DNA of 64,000 bases, from contig JAICYR010000001.1 in assembly GCA_025934135.1 (NCBI GenBank), positions 16,117 through 80,116 of the forward strand. The letters run 5' to 3'. Within the stretch, counting starts at the first letter, position 1, and every line of letters begins with the position of its first letter. Below are positions 19,953-27,859 of the stretch, one piece after another. Position numbers and translations under genes: made by a program. The notes below the pieces were generated by a model. That model ran no database searches, had not been told where the DNA came from, and saw only the letters and a list, made by a program, of their open reading frames with translations. This DNA is from Acidobacteriaceae bacterium (GTDB lineage Bacteria > Acidobacteriota > Terriglobia > Terriglobales > Acidobacteriaceae).

Positions 19953-21188
19953 TTATCGCTTTCCCGCCTTTGCTTCCAGCGTCGAAGCCAGCGTCTGAAC
20001 TTTGCGCAGCCCCTCCAGAACGTCGTCAATGTCACGCTTCTCGCCCAGCAACGCGGTATGACTCAGCCACACACCCTCGCGGCACACGCGCTCCGCTACC
20101 GGAAGCCGCAGCTTTGTGTAATCCTGCGCCGCGCTCCAGTTGCTGCGCGCAAGCGACTCCTGCTCCGTCACAAACAGCGGGTTGCGATAAAGAGGATGCG
20201 GATATGTCAGCTTGAACGGAATCCCTTCCGCCTGCAGCGCCTCCACCGCTAGATCGCGCGGCGCTCCGGAAAATGCCTCCGGCTTATACCAAAACGTCAG
20301 CAGATAATTCGGATGCTGCCCGATGCGCGGGTCCTCCTCCGGAAGCACCAGCCCCGGAATCTCGCGTAGCCCTTCCCGCAAGTACGCAACATTCGCCGCG
20401 CGCTTCGCCGTCTGCTCCGGCATCCTGCGCAACTGCGCGTTCAGCACCGCCGCCTGGAAGGCCGTCATCCGATAATTCGTCCCCAGCGAGAAGTGGTCGA
20501 ACCACCCGCCTCCGCGCTTGCGCCCCTGATTGCAGTAGCTCCAGCAGCGCTCCGCGATCTTCGCGTCCTTCGTCAGAATCATGCCGCCTTCGCCCGCTGT
20601 TATCAGCTTGAAAGACTGAAAGCTGAAGGTCGCGGCATCACCCCATCCGCCCACCGGAACGCCCATCCACCGCGCTCCATGCGCGTGCGCGGCGTCTTCG
20701 ATAATTGCCACGTTGTGCCGCTCGGCAATCTTTTTGAAAGCGTCCATCTCCGCCGGACGCCCGCCGAAATGGACCACGATGATCGCCTTCGTGCGCGGCG
20801 TAATCGCCGCCTCCGCCGCCGCTGGAGAAAGATTGAAGCTCTCCGCATCAATGTCCGCGAACACCGGAGTCGCCCTGCACAGCAAAATCGCGCTCGCCGA
20901 AGCGATAAAGGAATACGGCGTCACAATCACTTCATCGCCGGGACCAATCCCCAGCGCGCGCAGCGCCACTTCCAGCGCCACCGTTCCATTCACACAGCTC
21001 ACGCCGTGCGGAACCTCGTGAAACGCCGCGAAGCTCGCTTCCAGTTCCTTGATCGCGGGATGATACCCGCCCCATTCGCGGCTGTGCAGCACGTCAAGCA
21101 GCGCCTTTTCTTCTTCCTCGCCATACTGCGGCCAGGGCGCATAAGGCTGGTTCCGGACCGGTGTTCCGCCGTTCAGCGCAAGTTCCAT
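19953..21188 (-). CDS. DegT/DnrJ/EryC1/StrS family PLP-dependent aminotransferase
   Basis: NGTVAL, GDEVIV, IIEDAAHAHGA, FSFQSFKLITAGEGG (PLP Lys), GTNYRM. Confidence 0.93.
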   Translation of the reverse strand: MELALNGGTPVRNQPYAPWPQYGEEEEKALLDVLHSREWGGYHPAIKELEASFAAFHEVPHGVSCVNGTVALEVALRALGIGPGDEVIVTPYSFIASASAILLCRATPVFADIDAESFNLSPAAAEAAITPRTKAIIVVHFGGRPAEMDAFKKIAERHNVAIIEDAAHAHGARWMGVPVGGWGDAATFSFQSFKLITAGEGGMILTKDAKIAERCWSYCNQGRKRGGGWFDHFSLGTNYRMTAFQAAVLNAQLRRMPEQTAKRAANVAYLREGLREIPGLVLPEEDPRIGQHPNYLLTFWYKPEAFSGAPRDLAVEALQAEGIPFKLTYPHPLYRNPLFVTEQESLARSNWSAAQDYTKLRLPVAERVCREGVWLSHTALLGEKRDIDDVLEGLRKVQTLASTLEAKAGKR

Positions 21189-21217
21189 CCGCTCGAATTC
21201 CTTTCTTTACGCCGCGC

Positions 21218-21249
21218 GTTCATCTGTTCTATATATAGAACGCATGAAC
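21218..21249. promoter_or_regulatory. Extended palindromic operator in a divergent promoter region
   Basis: Perfect 16-bp GTTCTATATATAGAAC (21226-21241) extended by GTTCAT/ATGAAC arms. A minus-strand TTGACA lies near 21280. Confidence 0.7.
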
Positions 21250-21351
21250 ATTATATTAACCAGAGCCGCTTTTTAGTGTCAATATATCTCTATACGATTG
21301 CGTAACGCTCATCGTCTAAATTGAAATCCGAAGGACCCCGGACCAGGCGCC

Positions 21352-23076
21352 ATGAATCATTTTCCCCTCACCCTGTCAGACATCATCGTGATCGCGGGCT
21401 ATCTGCTTCTGGTCCTCTACATCGGTTTCTATTTCCGTCGGCGCATGTCCTCCGCCGAAGATTATTTTGCCGGAGGCCATCAGGTCCCGTGGTGGCTCGC
21501 CGGAGTCTCGCACTACATCTCCAGCGCCAGCGCCCTCACCTTCATCGCATACTCCCAACTCGGATACCAATACGGCATCGTCTCCATAATCGTCGCCTGG
21601 ACCGCGGTCCCCGGCTGCATCTTCGGGGGACTCATCTTCGCGCGCCGCTGGCGTCAGGCCCGCGTCAGCACTCCGGTCGAATTTCTCGAGCGTCGCTTCA
21701 ACATCTTCGTCCGCCAGTTAATGGCATGGGCCGGGGTCCCCATGAAGATCGGCGAAGACGGACTCAAGCTCTTCGCCACCAGCCTCTTTCTCGCCGTCGG
21801 CCTACAAATTCCCGTGAGTTGGGCCGTGCTCGCCTGTGGCATCATCGCCATCGCCTATACGTTTCTCGGAGGCCTCTGGGCGCTGGCCGTTACCGATTAC
21901 GTCCAGTTCCTCATGAAGGCCCTCGCCCTGCTCCTGCTCGTGCCGCTCGCCATCTGGCGCGCAGGAGGACTTCGCCACGCCGCCCTGCACCTGCCTCCCG
22001 GCTTCTTCCACGTCACCCATGGAATGTACAACTGGGTCTACATCGCGGGATTTGTCGTCATGCTCACCATCACGCTCAACGGATCATGGTCGCTCGCGCA
22101 GAAGTATTACTCCGTCGGTGACACGCGCCAGGCCGAGAAGGCCGCCTATCTTTCCGCCGCGCTCTACTTCATCGGAACGCCAATCATGATCCTACCCGCC
22201 ATTCTGGGCCGCCTCTTCCTTCCCGACCTCATCGCCGCGCACCACACCGCTGACGTTTACGTCTACCTCATGATCGATCTGCTCCCCGCCGGAATGGTCG
22301 GCATCGTCGTCGCCGCCCTGCTCTCCGCCACCATGGCCACCGTCAGCGCCGACTTCAGCGCCATTGCCGGAGTCCTCACCAAAGACGTGTACCAGCGCCT
22401 CATCCGCCCCAATGCTTCGCAGGCCAGCGTGCTGCGCATGGGCAAGCTCATCACGCTGCTCGTCGGCAGCCTCTCCGTGCTCATCGGTCTGTATCTCTCC
22501 CTTGGCGGAGACCAGCAGATTCTCCACCTCATGGTCCTCATCGCCACCGCGTTCATCGCTCCATCATTCCTTCCGCTCATGGCCGCGCTCGTCTCCCGCC
22601 GCGTCACCGCACAGGGAATCATCACGGGATTCTTCCTCGGCCTCGCCACCGGCCTCGCCATGCTCGCCGCGCGCGCCTGGCTGCTGCCTCAGGGTTCCTG
22701 GCTGCTAGCTAATTTCGATGGCGCATCGCTGCTCATCAACACCGGCATGACCGTCGTCGGCATGTGGATCGGCACCGTCCTCTCCGGCGAACAAGAGGAG
22801 AACGCGCGCAAGCACGACCTCATCTTCAAGGTCCACGAGCAGCCCGCCACCGCCGCCTCCCTGACAAAAAGCGCCATCGACCTGCAAAAGATCATCGCCA
22901 TCGCGACCTTCGCCGTCGCCGCGCTTCTCGCCGTCGCCGGACTCGTCGCCCCCGCATCCACCGCGCGTATCACCGACCTGTCCATCGCCGCCCTGATCTT
23001 CTTCCTCGGATGGCTCCGCCTCCACGCCTCGCGCAAACACACCCACGAACACATGCCCGAAGGCGCCGCCCGATAG
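21352..23076 (+). CDS. Sodium:solute symporter (SSS) family transporter
   Basis: EDYFAGG..VPWW..G.S, EFLERRF, YT.LGGL.A...TD.VQ, G.VG..VAALLSA.M motifs. Confidence 0.92.
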   Translation: MNHFPLTLSDIIVIAGYLLLVLYIGFYFRRRMSSAEDYFAGGHQVPWWLAGVSHYISSASALTFIAYSQLGYQYGIVSIIVAWTAVPGCIFGGLIFARRWRQARVSTPVEFLERRFNIFVRQLMAWAGVPMKIGEDGLKLFATSLFLAVGLQIPVSWAVLACGIIAIAYTFLGGLWALAVTDYVQFLMKALALLLLVPLAIWRAGGLRHAALHLPPGFFHVTHGMYNWVYIAGFVVMLTITLNGSWSLAQKYYSVGDTRQAEKAAYLSAALYFIGTPIMILPAILGRLFLPDLIAAHHTADVYVYLMIDLLPAGMVGIVVAALLSATMATVSADFSAIAGVLTKDVYQRLIRPNASQASVLRMGKLITLLVGSLSVLIGLYLSLGGDQQILHLMVLIATAFIAPSFLPLMAALVSRRVTAQGIITGFFLGLATGLAMLAARAWLLPQGSWLLANFDGASLLINTGMTVVGMWIGTVLSGEQEENARKHDLIFKVHEQPATAASLTKSAIDLQKIIAIATFAVAALLAVAGLVAPASTARITDLSIAALIFFLGWLRLHASRKHTHEHMPEGAAR

Positions 23077-23092
23077 GACCCTCTCTAAAGAC

Positions 23093-23134
23093 CTGTCATT
23101 CTGAGCGAGCGAAGGGAGCGAAGAATCTGCGGTT
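23093..23134. repeat. REP-like repeat, second copy of the GTCATyCTGAGCGA family
   Basis: CTGTCATTCTGAGCGAGCGAAGGGAGCGAAGAATCTGCGGTT. Confidence 0.7.
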
Positions 23135-23270
23135 CTGCGAATTCATAAACTTGTCAAGCATTTATTTTCTAACCAACACAAAACAAAGGGTCTTAATTGG
23201 CAATAACCGACTTGACTAACCAACCCGTTGAAATTTGGTGGCGGCCTCGGAAGTGAAGGCCGCCAGAGGT

Positions 23271-24317
23271 TCACTGGACGGAATCCTTCGATCCGGTCAG
23301 TTTAAGTTCGAACTGGAAGCCGGACTTCGTGCCGTAAATCTCCGCCATGCGACGCCTCAACTCATCCATCGTGCTGCAGGTGCTGGCAACCCCGATCACC
23401 TTCCAAATGTGCTCAATCAGTCTCTTCAGCCCATATTGTTCATTCAGCCACTGGAAATAGTTGTTACCGTGTATGGGCTTCGGAGCATTCTCTCGGAGCC
23501 ATTGAGCCACGTCGGGGTCGAGATATTCGTAGACAAGCTCCATCACCAACTTACCCCAATACTTCGGCCTTTGGTGAAGGTTGCCGTGCCACTGGGTGAG
23601 CCTTCCGAATTGCACCCATAGATCGTCTGGAAAAGTCTTTTCCCACTTGCGCATCTCTTCCGCCAGGAACAGCTTCAACTTGAGTTGCAGCTCGTCTATT
23701 GGTCTTTTAGCTTGATATCCTGTGGCCTCATCAACCAACGCGATAATTCCAACTTTCGCGCAGGCTCGAATAAAAGCGTTAGCATTCGTCGCAATCCGAG
23801 CCTGCCGCTCGGTCAGATTTCCCGGAATATCTCCAGCCTTCGCGTAAGCGTCGCAAAGATCAATGAACTTCTCTGCAGGCAGTCCCCACGCAAATTTGGT
23901 AAATCCTTCCCCTGTCGTATCGAACTTGATGAGAGCCGGGATGTGGTCATTTTCTGCAGGCACTAAGTCGTTGGGAAGAAAGTCCTTAAGAGATTTTACC
24001 TTGATGTATTCGGCAAGCTGCCCGCCCTCGGTTTCGATCAATGAGACAACGACTCCCTTGAGGCTTATCACTCGCATATCGTTATCTAAGTGATAGGCGG
24101 GTAATGCTTTATTCCCTAGCTGCAGGTCTCCCCATAAGAGTGCTTTGGGTGTTTTTTGACCGTCTTCTAGGCCCGGTAATTGTCTTACCCTACTCCAGCG
24201 CACATCTGCAGCAGCCTTTGCAAGCCGTTTGCGCTCTTCCGGTGTGAGTTTTTCCATCCGGGCCTTGCCAGATCGGACCCGGCCACTAGGCGTTGGCGTA
24301 TTCAATTGATCGTCCAT
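23271..24317 (-). CDS. P63C domain-containing protein (IS passenger)
   Basis: AKVGIIALVDEATGYQ, WEKTFP, RPKYWGK.....VY, FQWL motifs of P63C. N-terminal GKAR..KLTPEER...A..AA..RW helix. Confidence 0.88.
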   Translation of the reverse strand: MDDQLNTPTPSGRVRSGKARMEKLTPEERKRLAKAAADVRWSRVRQLPGLEDGQKTPKALLWGDLQLGNKALPAYHLDNDMRVISLKGVVVSLIETEGGQLAEYIKVKSLKDFLPNDLVPAENDHIPALIKFDTTGEGFTKFAWGLPAEKFIDLCDAYAKAGDIPGNLTERQARIATNANAFIRACAKVGIIALVDEATGYQAKRPIDELQLKLKLFLAEEMRKWEKTFPDDLWVQFGRLTQWHGNLHQRPKYWGKLVMELVYEYLDPDVAQWLRENAPKPIHGNNYFQWLNEQYGLKRLIEHIWKVIGVASTCSTMDELRRRMAEIYGTKSGFQFELKLTGSKDSVQ

Positions 24318-24360
24318 ACAGGCATGGTTGCATAAAAATCCGCATCATGCAAGTAATTTC

Positions 24361-24389
24361 TTGACATTTGGCTATGCCAGTATTAGATT
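24361..24389 (+). promoter_or_regulatory. Sigma70-like promoter for the transposase
   Basis: TTGACA (24361-24366), 17-bp spacer, TAGATT (24384-24389). Confidence 0.6.
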
Positions 24390-24524
24390 GTTCCTGAAGT
24401 AGAAAGCCCCGGCCATCGCGCTAACGATGAACCGGGGCCAAGAATCCACCACAGCCGAAGCCGCGATAGACCCGCAACGACATTATCCGGCAAACAGGCT
24501 GTGGACTCAAGAGGAAAGTTCACG

Positions 24525-25484
24525 ATGCCTACGCCATATGAGCCTCAGACACTCACTGAGGCAATCCGCTACTACTCCGACGAACTAACCTGCATCAACC
24601 TGTTGGCCTCTATCCGCTGGGCTGATGGGCAGGTCTGCTGCTCCGCTTGCGGTGAAATCGGCAACACAATCTGGCTGGCTAATCAGAAGCGGTGGAAGTG
24701 CCGGGGCTGCAAAAAACAGTTCTCAATCAAGGTCGGCACGATCTTCGAGGATTCGCCCATCGGACTCGATAAATGGATGGTTGCGGTGTGGATGCTGGCG
24801 AACTGCCGCAATGGCGTTTCCAGCTACGAGATCATGCGTAATATCGGCGTTTCGCAAAAATGCACATGGCACATGCTACATCGGATTCGCAAGGCCATGG
24901 CTGACCTCACAGCCGAAAAGTTGGGCAGCAATGGCCCGGTAGAGTGCGACGAAACGTTTGTCGGCGGCAAGGTAAAGAACATGCACAGGAGCCGTCGCGT
25001 AGTAGGCATGAACTACTCTGCGGGAAATGGCAAGGCAATCGTCATGGGGATGCTGGAGCGCGGCGGCAGGGTTCGCGCCAGAGTCATTGCAAACCGCAAG
25101 GTTCACAACATGGAATCGCTGTTAACGGCCCATGTGCGTCCTGGCTCGCACCTCATTACCGATGAACACACAAGCTACCCGTTCATCGCCGCGAATAACG
25201 AGTACGCACACGAAATTATCAATCACGTCGAGGGTTACGTCCGCGATCACGTCCACACCAACAGCATTGAGAACTTCTGGTCATGCCTCAAGCGTGGATT
25301 AAATGGGACGTACGTCAGCGTAGAGCCATACCATTTGGACCGCTACGTTGATGAGCAAGTTTTCAGGTTCAACCTGCGTAAAGAACACACCGATGCACAG
25401 CGATTCAAGGCTGTATTGAAGGACGTTGTTGGGCGTCGTTTGACCTATGCGGAGTTGACGGGGAGGTTAGCCCCAGCGGCCTAA
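24525..25484 (+). CDS. IS1595-family (ISXO2-like) DDE transposase
   Basis: Zinc ribbon CSAC...CRGC, HTH, catalytic VECDETFVGG, LITDE, HTNSIENFWS and Y..E..FRFN. RBS GAGGA precedes ATG 24525. Confidence 0.95.
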   Translation: MPTPYEPQTLTEAIRYYSDELTCINLLASIRWADGQVCCSACGEIGNTIWLANQKRWKCRGCKKQFSIKVGTIFEDSPIGLDKWMVAVWMLANCRNGVSSYEIMRNIGVSQKCTWHMLHRIRKAMADLTAEKLGSNGPVECDETFVGGKVKNMHRSRRVVGMNYSAGNGKAIVMGMLERGGRVRARVIANRKVHNMESLLTAHVRPGSHLITDEHTSYPFIAANNEYAHEIINHVEGYVRDHVHTNSIENFWSCLKRGLNGTYVSVEPYHLDRYVDEQVFRFNLRKEHTDAQRFKAVLKDVVGRRLTYAELTGRLAPAA

Positions 25485-26243
25485 CAACCCGTATCGAAAG
25501 CAGCGCGGTCCTGGCCGCGTTCGCTTTCGCATCGAGCCTACAAGATCATGCGCATCAGAATAGTAAACCACAATTCAATGTGGTTCGTCTTATTTTCGCG
25601 GTACTCTAGTGCTAAGCTCCATACGAAGCTTTTGGGGGTACCTATGCACGAATGGCACCGCGGTCAACGGTGCCAATATGCTCAAATCCGGTTTGGACTG
25701 AAGGTTGAAAGATCGATGTCTTGAGCCTACCGCTCCTTTCCCCTCCAGTCAATTAACTAATTTGATGCCCCTAGGGATTCCCTGTCTCCGAAAGGATGCG
25801 GCAGGCCAGCCCCTCCCGGCTGCGTCTCTAACACGCGGTCGGGAGGACTAACCCATTCATAGTTCAACCACGGATAGGAACCATGAAACATACACCGGTC
25901 GTAATCTACCGCAACGCCATCACCGGAAGGATCGTTCCGCCGCGCTATGCGGCGAACCATCCCCGGACCACCGAACGTGAAATCGTCTATCGCCCCTCTC
26001 CAAAGCGGGGATAAGACATAACCATACCATTCTGGCTGCAACGATTGCCTATTTTCTATGGCCCACCCAACTCCCGGTGGGCCGTTCTATTTTCTGGTTA
26101 GTCAAGTCGGTTATTGCCTCTTAATTTGCATTTAATTACCCCCTGATTTGCTATCCTGAACTTAAGAGAAGAAATTTGAGGCGCAGCCACAAGCTGCGCC
26201 TTTCGCTTTTGGGAAAGAAATTTTGGTGCCCCACCCCAACTTT

Positions 26244-26280
26244 GGGTGGCCCACTCAAGCCCGTTTTTGGCTTGAGTGGG
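26244..26280. repeat. REP-like hairpin of the GGGTGsCCC family
   Basis: 12-bp stem CCCACTCAAGCC/GGCTTGAGTGGG preceded by GGGTGG. Related hairpins lie at about 26416, 27550, 27731 and 27821. Confidence 0.75.
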
Positions 26281-26509
26281 GGACAAAATCACCAGCTAAG
26301 TATTTGACAACACATGATTTACTTACAACTCGTTGATATAGGCTGGCTTACGGCTCGCATCAACACCTAACCTCAACAAACAAAAGTAACACGGGAGAAA
26401 AATTGAACAACGCGGGGGTGCCCATGTCTCAATTTTGAAGACGTGGGAGCAGTGGTGCTGCCGGTACGGAATCTTCTAAACTACTGATAACGGCTGACTT
26501 ACTCGCAAC

Positions 26510-27464
26510 GGCAATAAAATACTTAACGCACAGATTGCGCTGGGTGGAGAATGGGGCATGCTCAGCACATTGGGACATTTGGCGCTCAGATCGTGGGGCG
26601 CAATGATGGCCGCCATGAATACGGGAACGGTTGGCTTTCTGCTGTCAGTCGTGGGCATTTCCCTCTGTATTTGGTTGGCCGGTTTAGGCTTCGAAAGTTG
26701 GGCGGTAAAGAGCCTGCGTGCGGCGTTCGCTAAATCGAAGAAGTTTCTATGGGCAGACCTCGCCGGAGTCGTGCTTTTTCTGATCGTCGTCTATCCGGCT
26801 TTCTGTGTCAGAACGGTCTATTACAGGCACACAGGATTGCAATATGAACTCGCACAAAACAGAGCCACTATAAAGGGCCTTCGGGTAGAAATTGAATATA
26901 GAAAAAACAATTTGGCACCCACTGATCCCGTGTTTTTTAACATTCGTGACATGCTCGATGCCTTTGCGGTGTACAGGAACCTTATCAAAGGGGAGCCCTG
27001 TTCTATAACCACCACTGCTCCTGCTGAAACCCAGCGCCTGGCAACGATGTTTGGGACGATGGCCAATGTTACTTCGGGATGCTCTACTTATAATGCACCC
27101 GCAACAAGCGGGGACCCCATCATCGATCGTCGGGTAACAGATGGCATGGTGGACGATGCCATCGTGGTTCATGCAACGCACGATGAAGATAAGCCAGTGA
27201 ATGCTCTGATGACGATTCTAGCTGGGCGAATCAAGATGATAAGGCGCTACGACACCGCTCCATCTACCTATACTCCCCCGCCGGGTGGATTCAAGCACCT
27301 GATTTGGTTTCAGTTTGGAAACAAAGTAAAGTGGCAAAGCGAAAATAGATGGACGGTAATTCGATGAAGCGGGAATACCACGAAGGGAAATCTGCACGGA
27401 ATCATTTTGAGCGAACTATGCAGAAGCTATTCCGTGCTCCAAAGCCAGCGAAGCGAGAGAAGTT
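26510..27464 (+). mobile_element. Probable truncated IS1595-type element (one TIR plus cargo, no transposase)
   Basis: Begins GGCAATAAAATACTTAAC, matching 14 of the first 18 nt of the intact element's TIR, exactly where repeat similarity breaks. No partner TIR was found. Confidence 0.55.
26558..27367 (+). CDS. Hypothetical membrane protein (two N-terminal TM segments)
   Basis: 269-aa ORF in AT-richer DNA, with two hydrophobic stretches, a short coiled segment and a soluble domain. Confidence 0.65.
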   Translation: MLSTLGHLALRSWGAMMAAMNTGTVGFLLSVVGISLCIWLAGLGFESWAVKSLRAAFAKSKKFLWADLAGVVLFLIVVYPAFCVRTVYYRHTGLQYELAQNRATIKGLRVEIEYRKNNLAPTDPVFFNIRDMLDAFAVYRNLIKGEPCSITTTAPAETQRLATMFGTMANVTSGCSTYNAPATSGDPIIDRRVTDGMVDDAIVVHATHDEDKPVNALMTILAGRIKMIRRYDTAPSTYTPPPGGFKHLIWFQFGNKVKWQSENRWTVIR

Positions 27465-27474
27465 AACTCATTGA
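27364..27474 (+). CDS. Small 36-aa protein MKREYHEGKSARNHFERTMQKLFRAPKPAKREKLTH
   Basis: ATGA overlap with the upstream stop (translational coupling). Below the ORF-track cutoff; the last codons run into repeat unit B. Confidence 0.45.
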   Translation: MKREYHEGKSARNHFERTMQKLFRAPKPAKREKLTH

Positions 27475-27859
27475 TATAGGCTGACTTACAGCTCCCATCA
27501 GCGCTAACCTCAACAAATCAAAGGACACGGGAGCAAAATTGAACAACGCGGGTGCCCCATGTCTCGGTTTTGAAGACGTGGGAGCAGTGGTGCTGCCGGT
27601 ACGGAATCTTCTAAACTACTGATAACGGCTGACTTACCAGCAACTCATTGATATAGGCTGACTTACGGCTCCCATCAGCCGCTAACCTCAACAAATCAAA
27701 GGAACAGGGGAGAAAAATTGAACAACGCGCGGGTGCCCCATCCTTTCGACCAGCTACCCGGGGCCCGCCTGAACAGGTCTTCGTTCACGGGGTGGAAGCG
27801 GGCGAAAGGGTGGGAGATGCGGGTGTCCCGTGTCTTGAGAGACATGGGAGCCGTGCTGA

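Larger units (their letters stand above)
23199..26118 (+). mobile_element. IS1595-family element with passenger gene (2920 bp)
   Basis: Perfect 24-bp TIRs GGCAATAACCGACTTGACTAACCA (23199-23222 and 26095-26118). Identical 8-bp TSD TCTTAATT (23191-23198 and 26119-26126). Internal IS1595 transposase. Confidence 0.95.
26327..27858. repeat. Array of 177-180-bp direct repeats (units at 26327, 27465, 27642), interrupted by an insertion
   Basis: Units share AACTCrTTGATATAGGCTGrCTTAC...AAAATTGAACAACGCG..GGGTGCCC. Units A and B also share TTTTGAAGACGTGGGAGCAGTGGTGCTGCCGGTACGGAATCTTCTAAACTACTGATAACGGCTGACTTAC. Confidence 0.9.

Noticed and set aside
21218-21249. LexA (SOS) box
   Set aside because: The spacing is inverted GTTC-N8-GAAC rather than GTTC-N7-GTTC or GAAC-N4-GTTC, and the targets are catabolic genes.
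22321-22330. CTCTCCGCCA match to the tRNA-Ser 3' end as an attR site
   Set aside because: Only 10 bp, inside an intact coding sequence, and expected by chance in GC-rich DNA.
25757-26041. 94-aa minus-strand ORF inside the IS
   Set aside because: TTG start, no clear RBS and no recognisable motif; not called as a CDS.
26327-27858. CRISPR array or integron attC cassette array
   Set aside because: Units are about 180 bp with no unique equal-length spacers, and there are no cas genes. I saw no RYYYAAC...GTTRRRY attC structure and no integrase.
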